From Octopus sinensis (taxonomy: Eukaryota), in NCBI RefSeq assembly GCF_006345805.1, contig NC_043008.1, positions 34,410,001 through 34,474,000 on the forward strand: DNA of 64,000 nucleotides, given 5' to 3'. Numbering within the stretch: position 1 is the stretch's first letter; each line of letters begins with the position of its first letter. The notes under the pieces were generated by a model. That model was not told the DNA's origin. It did not search any database and was given only the letters and a program-made list of their open reading frames with translations. The translations under genes and the position numbers were made by a program. Positions 25,835 through 38,730 of this stretch are shown piece after piece.

Positions 25835-26215
25835 ATGGGAAGCTTGCTTTCCAGCCACATAGATCCAATTTCAGTGCATGATATCTTGGGCAAGTGTCTT
25901 CTACTGCAGCCCCAGGCTAACCAATACCTTGTGAGTGGATTTGGTAGACAGAAACTGATAGAAGCCCTTCATATACATATGAATGTAACTATCTATGTGT
26001 GTGTGTGTCTTTGTGGCCATCCCCAACAACTGCTTGACAACCAATTTTAGTTTGTTTCATTCTCAATAACTTAGTGTTTTGGCCAAAAAAGATCAATAGA
26101 GTAAGTACTGGGCTTAAAAAGTAATTACTGGTGATTATTTATTCAACTAAACCCTTCAAGGTGGTGCCCCAGCATGGCTGCAGTCCAATGACTGAAAAAT
26201 GTAAAAAGTAAAAGA
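25835..26215 (+). mobile_element. SINE family A, directly after the LINE tail
   Basis: Head-truncated copy with core and tail. Confidence 0.78.
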
Positions 26216-27944
26216 TAGTGAAGTTATCCAAGATACACTATAACTAAAAAAAAAGAGAAAAAAATGATCAAAACAAGACTGCCACTGATTGCAGGTGTGG
26301 AACTAAATAACAACATATCAAGTTAAAGATAGTTTGTTAAACCACCAGAAAGTATTCATTATATTGATAATTTAATTGACACCTATAGTCAGTGTACTCA
26401 TTAGAAATCTAGTCACAAAAGGGTTAAACTTCATTGTTAAGCTTCCTTTGCCATTTATAAATGCTACTGTTCTTTGACTTACAAATTATTATTTTGTGTA
26501 GCTATGCCAATACCAAGAGACATTGAAATGACAGCTCTCAGTTATATAATTACATTTTGTGATAAAAAGAAAAGGCTTCATACCTTTGTATTAGTGAAAT
26601 TATACTACTTAATATAAATGAACTGGATGAGGGGGAAACTGTTTTTGTTTTTTTGTTTACTGCTTTGGGGAAGAAATAGAGAGATACAAAATTTTAAGAC
26701 CCCCTAATTATGTGCCTATCTCGTATATTACAATACGCTAACAGTGAATGTAACTATTTTTGAATTACTTTTTACAATATATTTTGCAAAGATGTTTAAC
26801 ATTACTCTCAACTAAACTGTTTATTATTATTATTATATTATTATTATTATTATTCATTTTCTTTCTTCAGTTGCATTTATCTGTCTGTGAGTCTATCAGT
26901 CTTCCTCGCATATACAGCTTTAATGTTTACTACCTGGTGTCTGTTAGTCTCTCTCTCTCTTTCTTCCTCATACATACATCATCATTAAAGATCATTTGTC
27001 TTCCTTTTATCTACTAACTTACCAGTCAGTCTGCTCATTCTCTTTACTTACCTACCACTCTTCAAATTTTCCAGTCTCTTTTGACACGTTTCCTTTCTTT
27101 CTCTTCCTAAAGCTCCCCGCCCCCACCTCCTACATTTTCTTTTATACAAAGTACAAATATCTTCTTTTCCTCCCACACATTCTGATCTAAATTTCTCTCC
27201 GTTTTGTTTTTTTTTTCCTCTTCATTATATTATGTCTCCTCATTTACCATTACAGACTGATTCCTCAAAGCAGTTGACACTTATTGTCAATGTCTTTGTA
27301 TCTTAATATTCTGACAAGAAAACAAACTAACAAGACCCTCCCTTCCATTTTACTCATCAAAGCCTCACTTCAATTAAAGGAAGGCTTGGAAGAAATCGTT
27401 TATGTAAGGGAGCAAGATTTTACAATAAGGAAGCAATGACAAATAATCCCTTGAAGGACAGCATTGGATATATTTTGAATGTTACAGTTTGTTTAGTGGT
27501 AGGTCAGCATTAGTTGAGCAGTCACGTGATCAAAGCTATTCCAACCAAGATTGTTCAGCCTTGTATATCTAGGACAACACTGTTCAGTGTGACCTTCCAT
27601 TTTCAAGCAGGTCAAGCAACAGGTTAGAGGCTCACTTTTTAGTTTAATTAACTATATTTTAAATAAAGTTGTAAATGTTATGAAAATATTTTTGAAAATC
27701 ATCTGATTATGGGATCTAGGCTTATGAAACTAAGAGAAAAATTACAATAAGTTCTTATTTTATAGTCTATGATAACAAAAATGGGTTAATTTTGTAAATT
27801 AGACTCTTTTTAAGCACTTCTAGAACAGTATGCAATACACAAAAATCTCATTGCACCAAAACAAATGCAAATTTTGTTATTTTAAACCTTCGTGTATATT
27901 TTATTCAACTAATTATGTAATACATCATTTTAAAGGCACTAATT

Positions 27945-29074
27945 TCAGTCTGTTGAGTTATGCTTGAGTTTTTATTTTCACTGTTTATTTTAGGATGTCA
28001 AATTTACAGATAGGAAAAATAAATAAATCTTATTTTCAGTTGAATTAATTCAAAATGGAATGTAGTGGTGGAAACTAACTGCAATATCAACCAAGCATTT
28101 GGTTACAGGACCATCAATAAATGTTCACCTAAACAGTGGTTTAAAAATTTTCAAACTGGGGACAAGAGCCTTGAAGATAAGAAAGTCATGGACAAGCTTC
28201 TACGACTGACCAAAACACCATCTGAGGTCATTAGTCAAGTGGGCCTACATATAGGAACTTAAAAAGTTACAGAAGAACTGAACATTAACTATTTCAACAG
28301 CTGTTTGACATTAGCACCACAGAGGAAAGTTAAAAACAATGGGCAAATGAGTGCCTTACAATCTCAATAAAACTACTGCTATGACATGCTTTGTCCTCCT
28401 TTTGCACAGTAAAATGATACTTTTTTTTTTCTTTTTATTGTATCGTGGCAATTGATGAAAAATAGATTCTATACAGAAGTAACTGCTTTTGACAGTGGCT
28501 GGACCAAGATTGAAGCACCAAAACGTTACCCCAAGCCAAAGTCACATCAAAAGGTTATGGTTGTTATTCTGTGGTTGGCAAGTAGAATCATTCACTACTG
28601 TTTCTCAAATCCTGCTGAAACCATTACAGCGGCAATATTGACAGAGATAGGCTAGGAAATTGACAAAATCTGCAGAGAACTGAAACATTTATATGAAGTA
28701 TTGGTAATTTGAAAAGTGCCAATTGTTTTCTTTGATAATCTTCAGTTGCATACCTAGTGATGCATTTTCAATTGCATCACTAGAAATTGAACTGAGCTAT
28801 GAAATTATACCTCAGCAAGCAGACTACACCTCAGCCAACCATGTTGATAAACTCCTGGAAAGGTCTTCTACAACCAAGAGGCAGCTTTCAAGAAAAATTT
28901 TTTCCAAAGAATTTATCAATAGCAGAACTGCAGATAATACTGGAAGAAGCAGATGTTTTTTATTGGCAAAAATGTATAGATCCTAAAGGTTACTATTTTG
29001 ATTAATGAAATTTATTCTGAACTGAGATATATTGCTGATGGCTAGAAATCACAGTTATTTCTGCACCAACTTAA
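27945..29074 (+). mobile_element. Decayed mariner transposon, Hsmar1/cecropia-like; left TIR not found
   Basis: Remnants ETNCNINQAFG..QWFKNFQTGDKSLED and EAPKRYPKPKSHQKVMV..W. Right TIR cagttatttctgcaccaacttaa|ta resembles the Hsmar1-type TIR. Confidence 0.82.
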
Positions 29075-29599
29075 TATACTACACAATATCATAACTGTTA
29101 GACTAACTTAATATGGAAACTGACACATTTCCAACACTTACTGTTAGCTAAGACAAGAAAATATTGATGTTGAGTACGAAGGAAATAGAATAATTTAGTT
29201 TTAAAAGGAACCAACCAGTAAATTGGATACTACAAGCAATCCTTAATAGCAGACCGAAGAATCTAATTAGATGTTAGAGCTTACCAATAACTTTGAAGTA
29301 CTAACATCTAACATTTGCCAAGGAACCTAGTTGTGAAACTGGAATTTATTTCATGTGTGGATAACAGCAAAACTCTCATCCAAAGAAAGTTATTTGAGGA
29401 AATAACAGCAAAAAGTAACTGAGAAATGGATAAGCATTATATTTAAAAGAAGATATATCAGTAATTACATTGACTTTAACAGATATATAGAAGTAGAGTG
29501 TTAAGAAGAGTTATCAGTAACCACATCGTAGGTATATGATGAAGGGCTTTGATAAACACATTATTATTATTATTATTATTATTATTCCCGCCTTTAACC

Positions 29600-29900
29600 G
29601 GGAGGGAGAGGCAAAATAAACTGACACCAGTACTTATTCTTTTAAGTTTAGCACTTGTTCTATTGATCTCTTCTGCTGAACTGGTAAGTAATAAGGACAT
29701 AAACAAACCAATACAAGCTATCAAGTGTTGGTGGGGGACAAACACAAAAACACACAAATATGATGGGCTCCTTTCAGTTTCTGTCTATCAAATCCACACT
29801 CACAAAGCTTTGGCTGGCTTAGACTATAGTAGAAGACACTTGCCTAAAAAGCTGTGCAGTGAGGCTAAATCCAAGGTCACATGGTTGGGAGGCAAGCTTC
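29600..29900 (-). mobile_element. SINE family A, diverged
   Basis: Core and body match. Confidence 0.72.
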
Positions 29901-30828
29901 ATCTTAATTTATCCCCTAAGTTACTACAATACTATATTTAAGTCAGTAGCTATTAAAATAATAGTGATGATGAATAGAATGGTTTTCTTAGGCTGGGGGT
30001 CTCATATGTATTTGTTTTCTCCAAATCCAAAGAATACAATTAAAGGAACAATAAAATAAAATATAACAAAACACTACAATTCCCAATAATGGTTTTCAAT
30101 AAAAAAATAAAAAAATACCTAAATAAAATATTTTGTTTCTTCAACTAGTTTTCCAAGTATCATGATGCAACAACAGACAAGATACCTATTGAACACAAGT
30201 TCAATACTACTTTATAAATATCTTTGATTTATTAATACTCCATGCAAGCATGGAAAACGGACATATGATAATGATGGTGATGGTGGTGGTGGTGGTGGTG
30301 GTGGTGGTGGTGACAATGATGATGAGGACTGCTTATTTGGCTTCTTTGCAGTCTATTATTTATTTTTGTTTCTTAATTTATTTATTTTGATAAATTTCGA
30401 AGTTTTCTAGAGATCAATTTTACACAAAAGGATTCTGACTGTTTTTTCTATCTTTTCTTTTTCATTTTTGCTTCAAATATTTTGTTTGTTATTTTTCTTT
30501 TTCTTTTGGAAATTAAATTTTTGATGTTATTAAAATGTCAGTCTTTATTTGTTGGATATTTTCTTTATGGTTTTTAATCAATGAATTTAGTTGAGCCAAT
30601 CATTAAGTGAAATTATTCTTTTATAGAGAGACGTGTCATTGAGAGATGGCATGGTATTGATAATGGTTTAATTCTTTACTCTTTCATCACATTTTTTTTT
30701 TTGCATCAATTTTGCTAATAAAAATGCTGAAGTCATTTACAAATTATTTGTATTCACTGTGAAATAAAATATTGAGATTATATTTTCCTGAAGGATATTT
30801 TTTTCCTCATCTTATTTACCTAATTTAA

Positions 30829-31036
30829 CCTTTTAGCATTCAGATTTCTTTGTCAAATGAATTGCTTATTTATTCACAATGTTTTGAATTAATCACACAT
30901 TATTTTGCAGCTTTGTGTGTTTGTGTATTTTTAGAATGACATTGTAGGGTAGGTGTGAGAGGTTGGATCTAGTTAGTTTTAATATAAAACAGGCAGAATA
31001 TTTGGGTGAGATATGGTTGGATTAAATACTAAAAGG
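30829..31036 (+). mobile_element. piggyBac-type MITE
   Basis: TTAA|ccttttagcatt ... aatactaaaagg|TTAA terminal inverted repeats; no ORF. Confidence 0.75.
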
Positions 31037-32079
31037 TTAAAAGAAAATATTGGCAGAAGACAAAAACATTCTTATTTTCATAATACTTAGCAGCTACACA
31101 TTTTACTGACCAGGCGAACCTGCAAGACAAAATAGACCTAGGGGACTTAGGGATTTAAATTCAGAACAAAAGAGAACGCAGTTAAAAGGAACAAGATATT
31201 TCATTGGTGCACTTAACCTAAATAGGAATAGTAATCTTTTTATTCCAACTTGCCTATCAGGGTTTATCATCATCATCATCATCATTTAACATCCGTTTTC
31301 CATGCTAGCATGGGTTGGACGGTTCGACGGGGGTCTGGAAGTCATGGAGGCTGCACCAGGCTCTAGTCTGATTAGGACTGATTAGGATGCCCTTCCTAAC
31401 GCCAACGACTCAGAGGTTCATATTTAAATATTAACCTTGTTGTAATTTCATGTTGGAACCTGTGGTTAATTATGTTGGAACCTGAGGTAAATTCCATCAA
31501 ATTTTGTGCTATCTTCAAAATTAATTGAAGTCAATGTATTTTATTAGAAATATGGGCACAAAAAGGTTAAACTAAAAGGGGGTTTTTTTAACAGACTAGG
31601 TACATGTAAATACAATTACACCATGTGTTGCCATGCTTTTGCCGGTGTCACGTAACATGCACTCATGCTGGTGTCATGTAAGTGCAACTGTACCAGTAGC
31701 ATGTGAAAAGCACCCAGCACACTCTATCAAATAGTTGGTGTGAGGAAGGGCATTCAGCAGTAGAAACCATGTCAAAACAGATAATTGGAGCCTGGACAGC
31801 TCTCTGGCTGGTCAGCCTCTGTCAAACTGTCCAACCCATGACAGCATGGAAAATGAATGCTAAACAATCATGATGATGATATATCTGGTTTTAGAAAGAG
31901 TTCACTGTATCCCTGCATGTAAGAAGCAACTGAAATGGTTGTCAACAGGAAGGGTGTCTGGCTGTCAAACTGCCTCGGACAGCCTACCCAAACTACACTA
32001 GCATAAAAGAACAGCAGTGATGGAGATGTTAACCCATACCAGCATGGAAAATGTAAGCTAAATGATAATGATGATGGTA

Positions 32080-32500
32080 GTGGTGCAGGCATGGCTGTGT
32101 AGCTAAGAAGCTCACATTGTAACCATGTGATTTCAGGTAAGGTACAGTCCCACTACACAACACCTTGGGCAAGTATCTTCTATTATAGCATTAGGCAAAA
32201 CAATGCCTTGTGAATTTTGTGGATGGAAACTGTATGGAAACTTGTTGTGTGTGTGTGTGTGTGCATGTATATATGTATAGATGTGTATGTGTATGTACAT
32301 GTATGTGTGTTTTATTGTTTCTTCTCCACCACTGCTTGACAACTGGTGTTGGTTTGTTTATGTTCTCACAACTTAGCAGTTCAGCAAAAGGAGACTTATA
32401 GAATAAACAGACTTGAGTTGGAGTCAATTTGTTAAACTAAACCCTTTAAAGTGGGACCCTGGCATGACTGCAGTTCAATGGCTGAAACAAGTGTAAAAAG
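32080..32500 (+). mobile_element. SINE family A, diverged
   Basis: Head, core, microsatellite and tail recognisable. Confidence 0.75.
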
Positions 32501-33078
32501 ATATATGACAAAAGATGTATTAGTAAAGCATTTTTATCCAGTAGGATTTATATAACAAGCTGAAAAGATTAAGTCAGCTAAACAGGATTTAAAACCAGAT
32601 AAATCAACAAGATCAGTCAAACAGGGAAACCACTGAAATGGCCAAATGTTCTTCAATTGAACAAGGTAATGAAAAGGCTTTCATGATTCATAAGTTGATT
32701 GTTGTTGATCACCAGGGCAATCCTTACTTCATAGACATATAACTAAAAGTGTTTGAGTGTGACCATCTCATTCAGTCTTCTTTGAGATAAGCATGGGCAA
32801 CTATTTTCAAGAACTGGGCAGCATGAGACACGAGTCATAATCACGAAGGCTGCATTACTAAAAATAACTTGCAAGTAATTTTTCATTATGCATCCTATTC
32901 AGCAAGTCCTGCAGGTTGCCTATGACTGCAGATAACCTGCAGATTGCCTATGATTGTCTTAGGGAATATTACTGAGCATATTATTGAACATTGTAGCTCC
33001 CTTTTCAAAGCAGTAAAAATTCATATGGAGTTGAATTAGCTGCTATTTTTGGCAGATCTAGCAGAGAGTAATACTTAC

Positions 33079-33126
33079 CCTCCTGTCCACCATATAAATT
33101 GAGTGCTTTCAGTATGCACAAGTGAA
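33079..33126 (-). other. Candidate exon (48 nt; UTR or coding undetermined)
   Basis: Acceptor tctagtttcag and strong donor agg|gtaagt; two frames open. Confidence 0.25.
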
Positions 33127-33536
33127 CTGAAACTAGATACCAGCACAAAGTAGTGAGTGGTTTCCATCTTAGAATAACAGATTGAGCCTTCATTTCACCA
33201 AAGATCACTTAAAAAATCATCAGAGTTTATTGACTGCAATCATAGTTTAACTATACCAGTTTAGTGTAAGATACTTATGCTAATGTGCAGAAAGGTTGGC
33301 AATTTTTGTCTGGGTTTCAAAACAAAAAACAAAGAACCATCATCCAAAATATAAGCTACCTGAGAGGTTCAATAATGATAAAACAGAGTCTGAGGAATCT
33401 AGTGGTGGTCTGTAAAAATTTATACATTGAAATTTGTCAGTTTGGTTACAGGGATAAGGAAATTTAATGTTCTGAGTAATAGGAGGCATTCTTTCATCTG
33501 AGAGAATTTTTTTGTAATTACAGGGGTTTGATTGTG

Positions 33537-33755
33537 GGCAGAAACGTTAGCACACTGGACAAAATGCTTAGCGGTATTTCGACTGCTGCTACATTCTGAG
33601 TTCAAATTCCGCCTAGGTCGACTTTGCCTTTCATCCTTTCGGGGTCGATTAAATAAGTACCAGTTACACACTGGGGTCGATATAATCGACTTAATCCGTC
33701 TGTCTGTCCTTGTTTGTCTCCTCTGTGTTTAGCCCCTTGTGAGTAGTAAAGAAAT
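33537..33755 (+). mobile_element. SINE family C
   Basis: Collinear with 36856-37089. Confidence 0.82.
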
Positions 33756-34627
33756 GGGTAGTGGAACCAGCTCTCTCTCTTTCTCTCTCTTAGAAGCATC
33801 ACAGACTCTTCCATTTTGACCTGAACATCAATCTAATACACCTGTTTGTTGTTCCCACACCTGTCTGTCTTCTGTACATATGAACCATGCATGCATGAAA
33901 GCATACATGCGTATGTATGTATGTATGTATGTATGTGTATATAATGTCATTGCATATCATGTTCCAGTGAAAGAGAAAAGAATAAGCAGAATGGGAAGAT
34001 GAAAGGAACAGAGGAAGATCAAAAAATAAATTTCCAGTGTTCCTAAGACCAGTGAGAAGCCTGATAAGGATATATAAGTAAGGAGGAGGAGGAGAGAGAG
34101 AGAGAGAGAATACACATTAAAAAGAAAGGATGTAGATAGCATATTAGAAAAATAATATAATTAATCACTGAAAGCTGGGAGTGGTGGAGGATAATTATAG
34201 TGGAGTGTAGATAGTAGGTCAGCAGTGCGGAGTGGAGTGAGAGGATTGGGGTGAAATTATGGATTACATAGAGACTACTAGATGTGGTGCTGAAAATACA
34301 CTAGGAGGGCCTGGGTGAAGGGGAGGTGATAGTGGGCTCATGGTCAGAGTAAAATGGTGGGGAGGGAAGAGATTAGTTAGAGACTGAATACCTAAACAGG
34401 AAAAGAAGGAAATGTTTTATATATATATATATATATCTAAAAATATATATATAAATATATATATATAAATATATACTAACAATATAGGATGAAGTCCCTT
34501 TCTCTACAGAAAAGGCTTCCATCAAAAAGCGTGGCACTATATTAAAAAAACCTTTACGGTTGAAGTATAGTGTATTGGCTTTAGAATAACCTTCTTTAGC
34601 CCTTAATTATAAGATGTATATAAATAA

Positions 34628-34682
<55 letters not shown>

Positions 34683-34840
34683 CATATAAGTAATACTCAG
34701 CCATTTTAACATGGCTATCTGTTCCAACAGATTCTACTGCAATTTTTTAACCCCAAGAGGACATTTCCTCTAGCTGGTTAACGATGCACAGCTGCGTCCG
34801 ATAAACTGCGAGCAAGGGACCGAACGCCCACCACCTTCTA

Positions 34841-34904
34841 GTGACAGGACCAGTAGACTAGTTCTGGTTTCGGGCTATTTCTGCCACTCCTCAGTACTGA
34901 ACAC
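34841..34904 (-). ncRNA. Hammerhead-like motif with GUC cleavage triplet and imperfect stem I
   Basis: Minus strand: CTGAGGA, stem II g(t)ggc/gccc, GAAA, stem III accag/ctggt, GTC. Stem I (gtg-ttcag / ctg-tcac) requires a 2-nt bulge next to the core. Confidence 0.45.
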
Positions 34905-34934
34905 CTCATCTGCTAGAGATGGTAGTAGCTCAAA

Positions 34935-35315
34935 TCTTTTATTTGCTTTAGTCATTATTAGACTGTGGCCATACTAGGGCACTGCCCTGGAGAATTTTTA
35001 GCCGACTGAATCAAACCAAGGCTTTTTTTTTAAGCCTGGTACTTATTCTATTGGTCTCTTTTGCTAAACTTCTAAGTTACAGGGATGTAAACATACCAAC
35101 ACTGGTTGTCAAGTGGGGGAGGGGACAAACACAAAAGCACAAATTTATATACATATATATATATACAACAGGCTTCTTTCAGTTTCCATCTACCAAATCC
35201 ACTCACAAGGTTTCTCGTGATCCAAGGCTATAGTAGAAGACACTTGTAGTGGGACTGAACCTGGATCCATGAGTTTGGGAAACAAACTTATCACACAGCC
35301 ACACCTGTGCCTATG
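34935..35315 (-). mobile_element. SINE family A whose head abuts the U6 3' U-tract
   Basis: The head cataggcacaggtgtggctgtgtg begins immediately after the U6 tttttt on the minus strand. Confidence 0.82.
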
Positions 35316-35420
35316 AAAAAAATATGGAGCACTTCATGAATTTGCATGTCATCCTTGCACAGGGTCCATGCTAATCTCTGTATCATTCCAAATTTAGTAT
35401 ATGTACAGCCAAAGCAGTAT
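35316..35420 (-). pseudogene. U6: U6 snRNA pseudogene, near full length
   Basis: Minus strand ctgctttggctgtacatatactaaatttggaatgatacagagattagcatggaccctgtgcaaggatgacatgcaaattcatgaagtgctccatatttttt aligns end to end with U6. It has a 3-nt deletion after the ACAGAGA box and has lost its CpG dinucleotides. Confidence 0.93.
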
Positions 35421-36855
35421 ATATAAAAAGTAATTAATATTTATACATTTTATTCCAGTTAGTTTATGCATGTTACCCAGAGCAAGATGGAATAACTTCA
35501 CCACCACCACTCCCCACACACACATACCAAGAAGATTGCTGATAAAAAATCTATTTTTTCACCAAAGAGGAAATTTTCGTTTAAGTCCACAGTGATGTAG
35601 TTGCCTAAGTGAATTCTCATAACTTATCTTTTACTTATTTTAGTCACTGATGTGCAGCCATGCTGGAGCACCACCTTAAAAGGCTTGGTCGAACAAATTG
35701 ATCCTGATACTTATTTTTAAGTCTGACACTTATTCTACCAGTCTTTTTTGACAAATCACAAAGTTATAGGGACATAAACAAACATAATAATAAAGACACA
35801 CACACACATACACAACAGGCATCCATACAGTTTCTATCTATCAAATTCACTTATAAGGCATTGGTTAGACTGAGGTTGTAGAAGACACTTGCCCAAGGTG
35901 TCATGCAGTAGAATAACTCGAAAGATACTTAAGCATTTTGGTGTGTAGAAGAGAGAAAACATGTACTCTATATTTCTGGAAGAGTTTATTCATTTATTTA
36001 AAACTAAGTCTTCAGTCTTCACTCCATTCCTAAGTCAAATTTCACTTAATATTAACAAAAAGACCAGGTGTGATGATGGAGAGCAGCCTTAGTCTTAAAT
36101 CTATAGAAATTTCACACATGCAACTATCGGTGGTGGTATCATCATCATCATTTAACATCTATTTTCCATGCTGGCATGAGTTTGACAGGAGCTAGCAAAT
36201 CAGAAAGCTGCTCTGGCTCCAGTTGTCCACTTTGGCATGGTTTCTATGGCTGGATGCCTTTCCTAATGCCAACTAGTTCACAGACTGTACAGGGTGCTTT
36301 TCATGTGGGACCAGCATGGGAGCTTCTTACATGGCACCTGTACGGGTGCTTAATATGTGGTGCCAGTAAAGATGCGTTTTACATGACAAGAGCACAGATG
36401 TGTTTTACATGGCGTGAGCACAGGTGTTTTTTATGTGGTCTGAGCACATAAATAAATAATTAGAAAAAAAGAGAAAAAGAAAAGCCATAACCAAATAATC
36501 AATAAAACTGCATAAAGAAGGCAGCCTAGTTTATAAAATATATATTAGCAACATCATTATTTTATGTGTGTTCTTCATGCAGGAATGGATTGGATGAGTC
36601 AGTTATATAGAATAGTGCCAATCACTTCAAACATTCATTTCTCTTCTATGAGTACCAACATCTTGAGATCTGACCACATTAGTTCTGGCATCATCTTCTG
36701 CCAATATACTAGCACTGACAGCACACAACACTTCTTTGTTTACCTCTTTCCTGGCTACATTTCCAACTAATCACACTGTCTTCCACTAGATTTTCGTTGA
36801 GCCAACAAGGGAGCCTCCACATAGTTACTCAACCTGCTAGAAATAGCAGCTTCCT

Positions 36856-37089
36856 AAGGCGGCGAGCTGGCCAAAACGTTAGAATGCCGGGTGAAATGCT
36901 TAGTGGTATTTTGCCTGTCTTTATGTTCTGAGTTCAAATTCTGCCGAGGTCGACTTTGCCTTTCATCTTTTCGGGGTCGATAAATTAAGTACCAGTTACA
37001 CACTGGGGTCGATCTAATCGACTTAATCCCTTTGTCTGTCCTTGTTTGTACCCTCTATGTTTAGCCCCTTGTGAGCAATACAGAAATAA
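36856..37089 (+). mobile_element. SINE family C (tRNA-like head, Meta-like core) with 16-bp TSD
   Basis: Core gtcgactttgcctttcatcttttcggggtcgataaattaagtaccag. TSD gaaatagcagcttcct at 36840-36855 and gaaataacagcttcct at 37090-37105. Confidence 0.88.
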
Positions 37090-37451
37090 GAAATAACAGC
37101 TTCCTTTAATACAAATTCTTAAAGAAAAAGAGGGACATATTTAAGATAATGTAGACATAGATATTCCCAAAAACATAGGATAATCAAATGTTGATTTGGC
37201 GTCAAAAACTAACATCATTTTAACATCTAGTTTGGTTGCATGGATCAAGCAAAACTTGTTGAGGTAAATATTTTTATGGTCAGATGCTATTTCTGTTACC
37301 AATGCCCACCTGTTCCCATGCAAAGTAATAAATATTTCCCCTAGCTGTTTGAACAGCAAATAGCTCAATTGCAGGAAAATACTTTCAAAAAGAAAACTTT
37401 TGTCTATCATTTGGACACATATGACAAGACACAGTATTTATATACATTATA

Positions 37452-38730
37452 TTAGGTTGTCCAGAAACTTCTGAGCGTTTTTAAACTAAATCTTTTAACG
37501 CTTCTTTGAACACACTTAAAATATAACACAGTTAAAACTTTAGCATTGCATGAAGTAATAGTGCATCTCTTCTTTGTTCCTGACTAAAAATAGATTTATC
37601 TTTCATTCCAGCTAATCTTTATTGACATTTGAAATGGATAACCAAAAATTTTATTTGTGTTGTAATGCTTTTCTTTTTTTAAAAAAAAAGGAAAAAATGC
37701 TACAAGGATTGCAAAAGCATTTGTGAAGTTTATGGTGATGATGCTGCAGGTGAACCAACTGTTCGAAGGTGGCATGGAAAATTTAAAGCTGGAGAGTTTA
37801 GCTTGGAAGATGACAGTCACAGTGGAAGACCTTCAAAATTGGATGAAGATGTTTTGAAGGCAAAAATCAAAGTAAACTTAAATATCACGACTAGAGAACT
37901 TGCAGACAAGTTGGAAGTTTCTACAAGTATGACTCATGAACACCTAGTGAAGCTAAGATCCATTTCTTGCTGAAATGTATGGGTCCCTCACAAACTCTCA
38001 GGAAAGAATTGCTGGTCTGGTTTTCCGTTTGTGATATGCTTTTGAAATGGAATGAAAGTATACTTTTTTTAAATGACTTGTGACTGGAGATGAAAAATGG
38101 ATTGTGTACGAAAATATAGTGCAAAAAAGATCCTGGAGTTTGAGTAAGGATCCCCCAAAACAGTGACCAATGACAAATATCCATGCCAAAAAAAGCTATG
38201 CCTTGTTTGATGGCATCATAAAGGCATTATTTATTATGGCTTCTCCCACAAACCATTATTTCTAATGTGTACTGTTGTCAGCTGGCTAATTTGAACCAAA
38301 AAAAAAATCAAACAATTGAGGCCAAGATATTGCCAACAGGAAAGAAGTAGTGTTCAACAAGACAATGCCTGACCACATGTGTCTTTGGCTACCCGAACAA
38401 AGTTACATTAACTTGGCTGGAATCTCTTACTCCATCCACCATATTCTCCTGATATTGTGCCATCTGACTACCACTTGCTTTTGTCTGTACAGAACTCTAA
38501 GCAAGGAAAAACATTAAATGATCTAGATGGAGTCAAAATGCATCTAAACTTCTTTTTCTTCAAAACCAGTCAAATTTTATGCTGGAGGAATATTTAGATT
38601 GCCTGATAGATGAGCAAAAGTCATTAATAATAATGGAAATTATTTCATTGAATAAGATTTATTGGAAGGTCAATTATTCATATCCCTTTTTGCATATTAA
38701 AAAATGCTCAGAACTTTCCAGACAACCTAA
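37452..38730 (+). mobile_element. Full-length decayed mariner (DD34D-type) DNA transposon
   Basis: TIRs ttaggttgtccagaaacttctgagcgttt / aaatgctcagaactttccagacaacctaa, each flanked by TA. Transposase remnants: TVRRWHGKFKAGEFSLEDDSHSGRPS, WVPHKL, TGDEKWIVY, HPPYSPDIVPSDYHL. Multiple stops and frameshifts. Confidence 0.93.

Noticed and set aside
27247-27309. Exon-like segment with good splice sites on the minus strand
   Set aside because: All three frames contain stops; such site pairs are expected by chance in AT-rich DNA.
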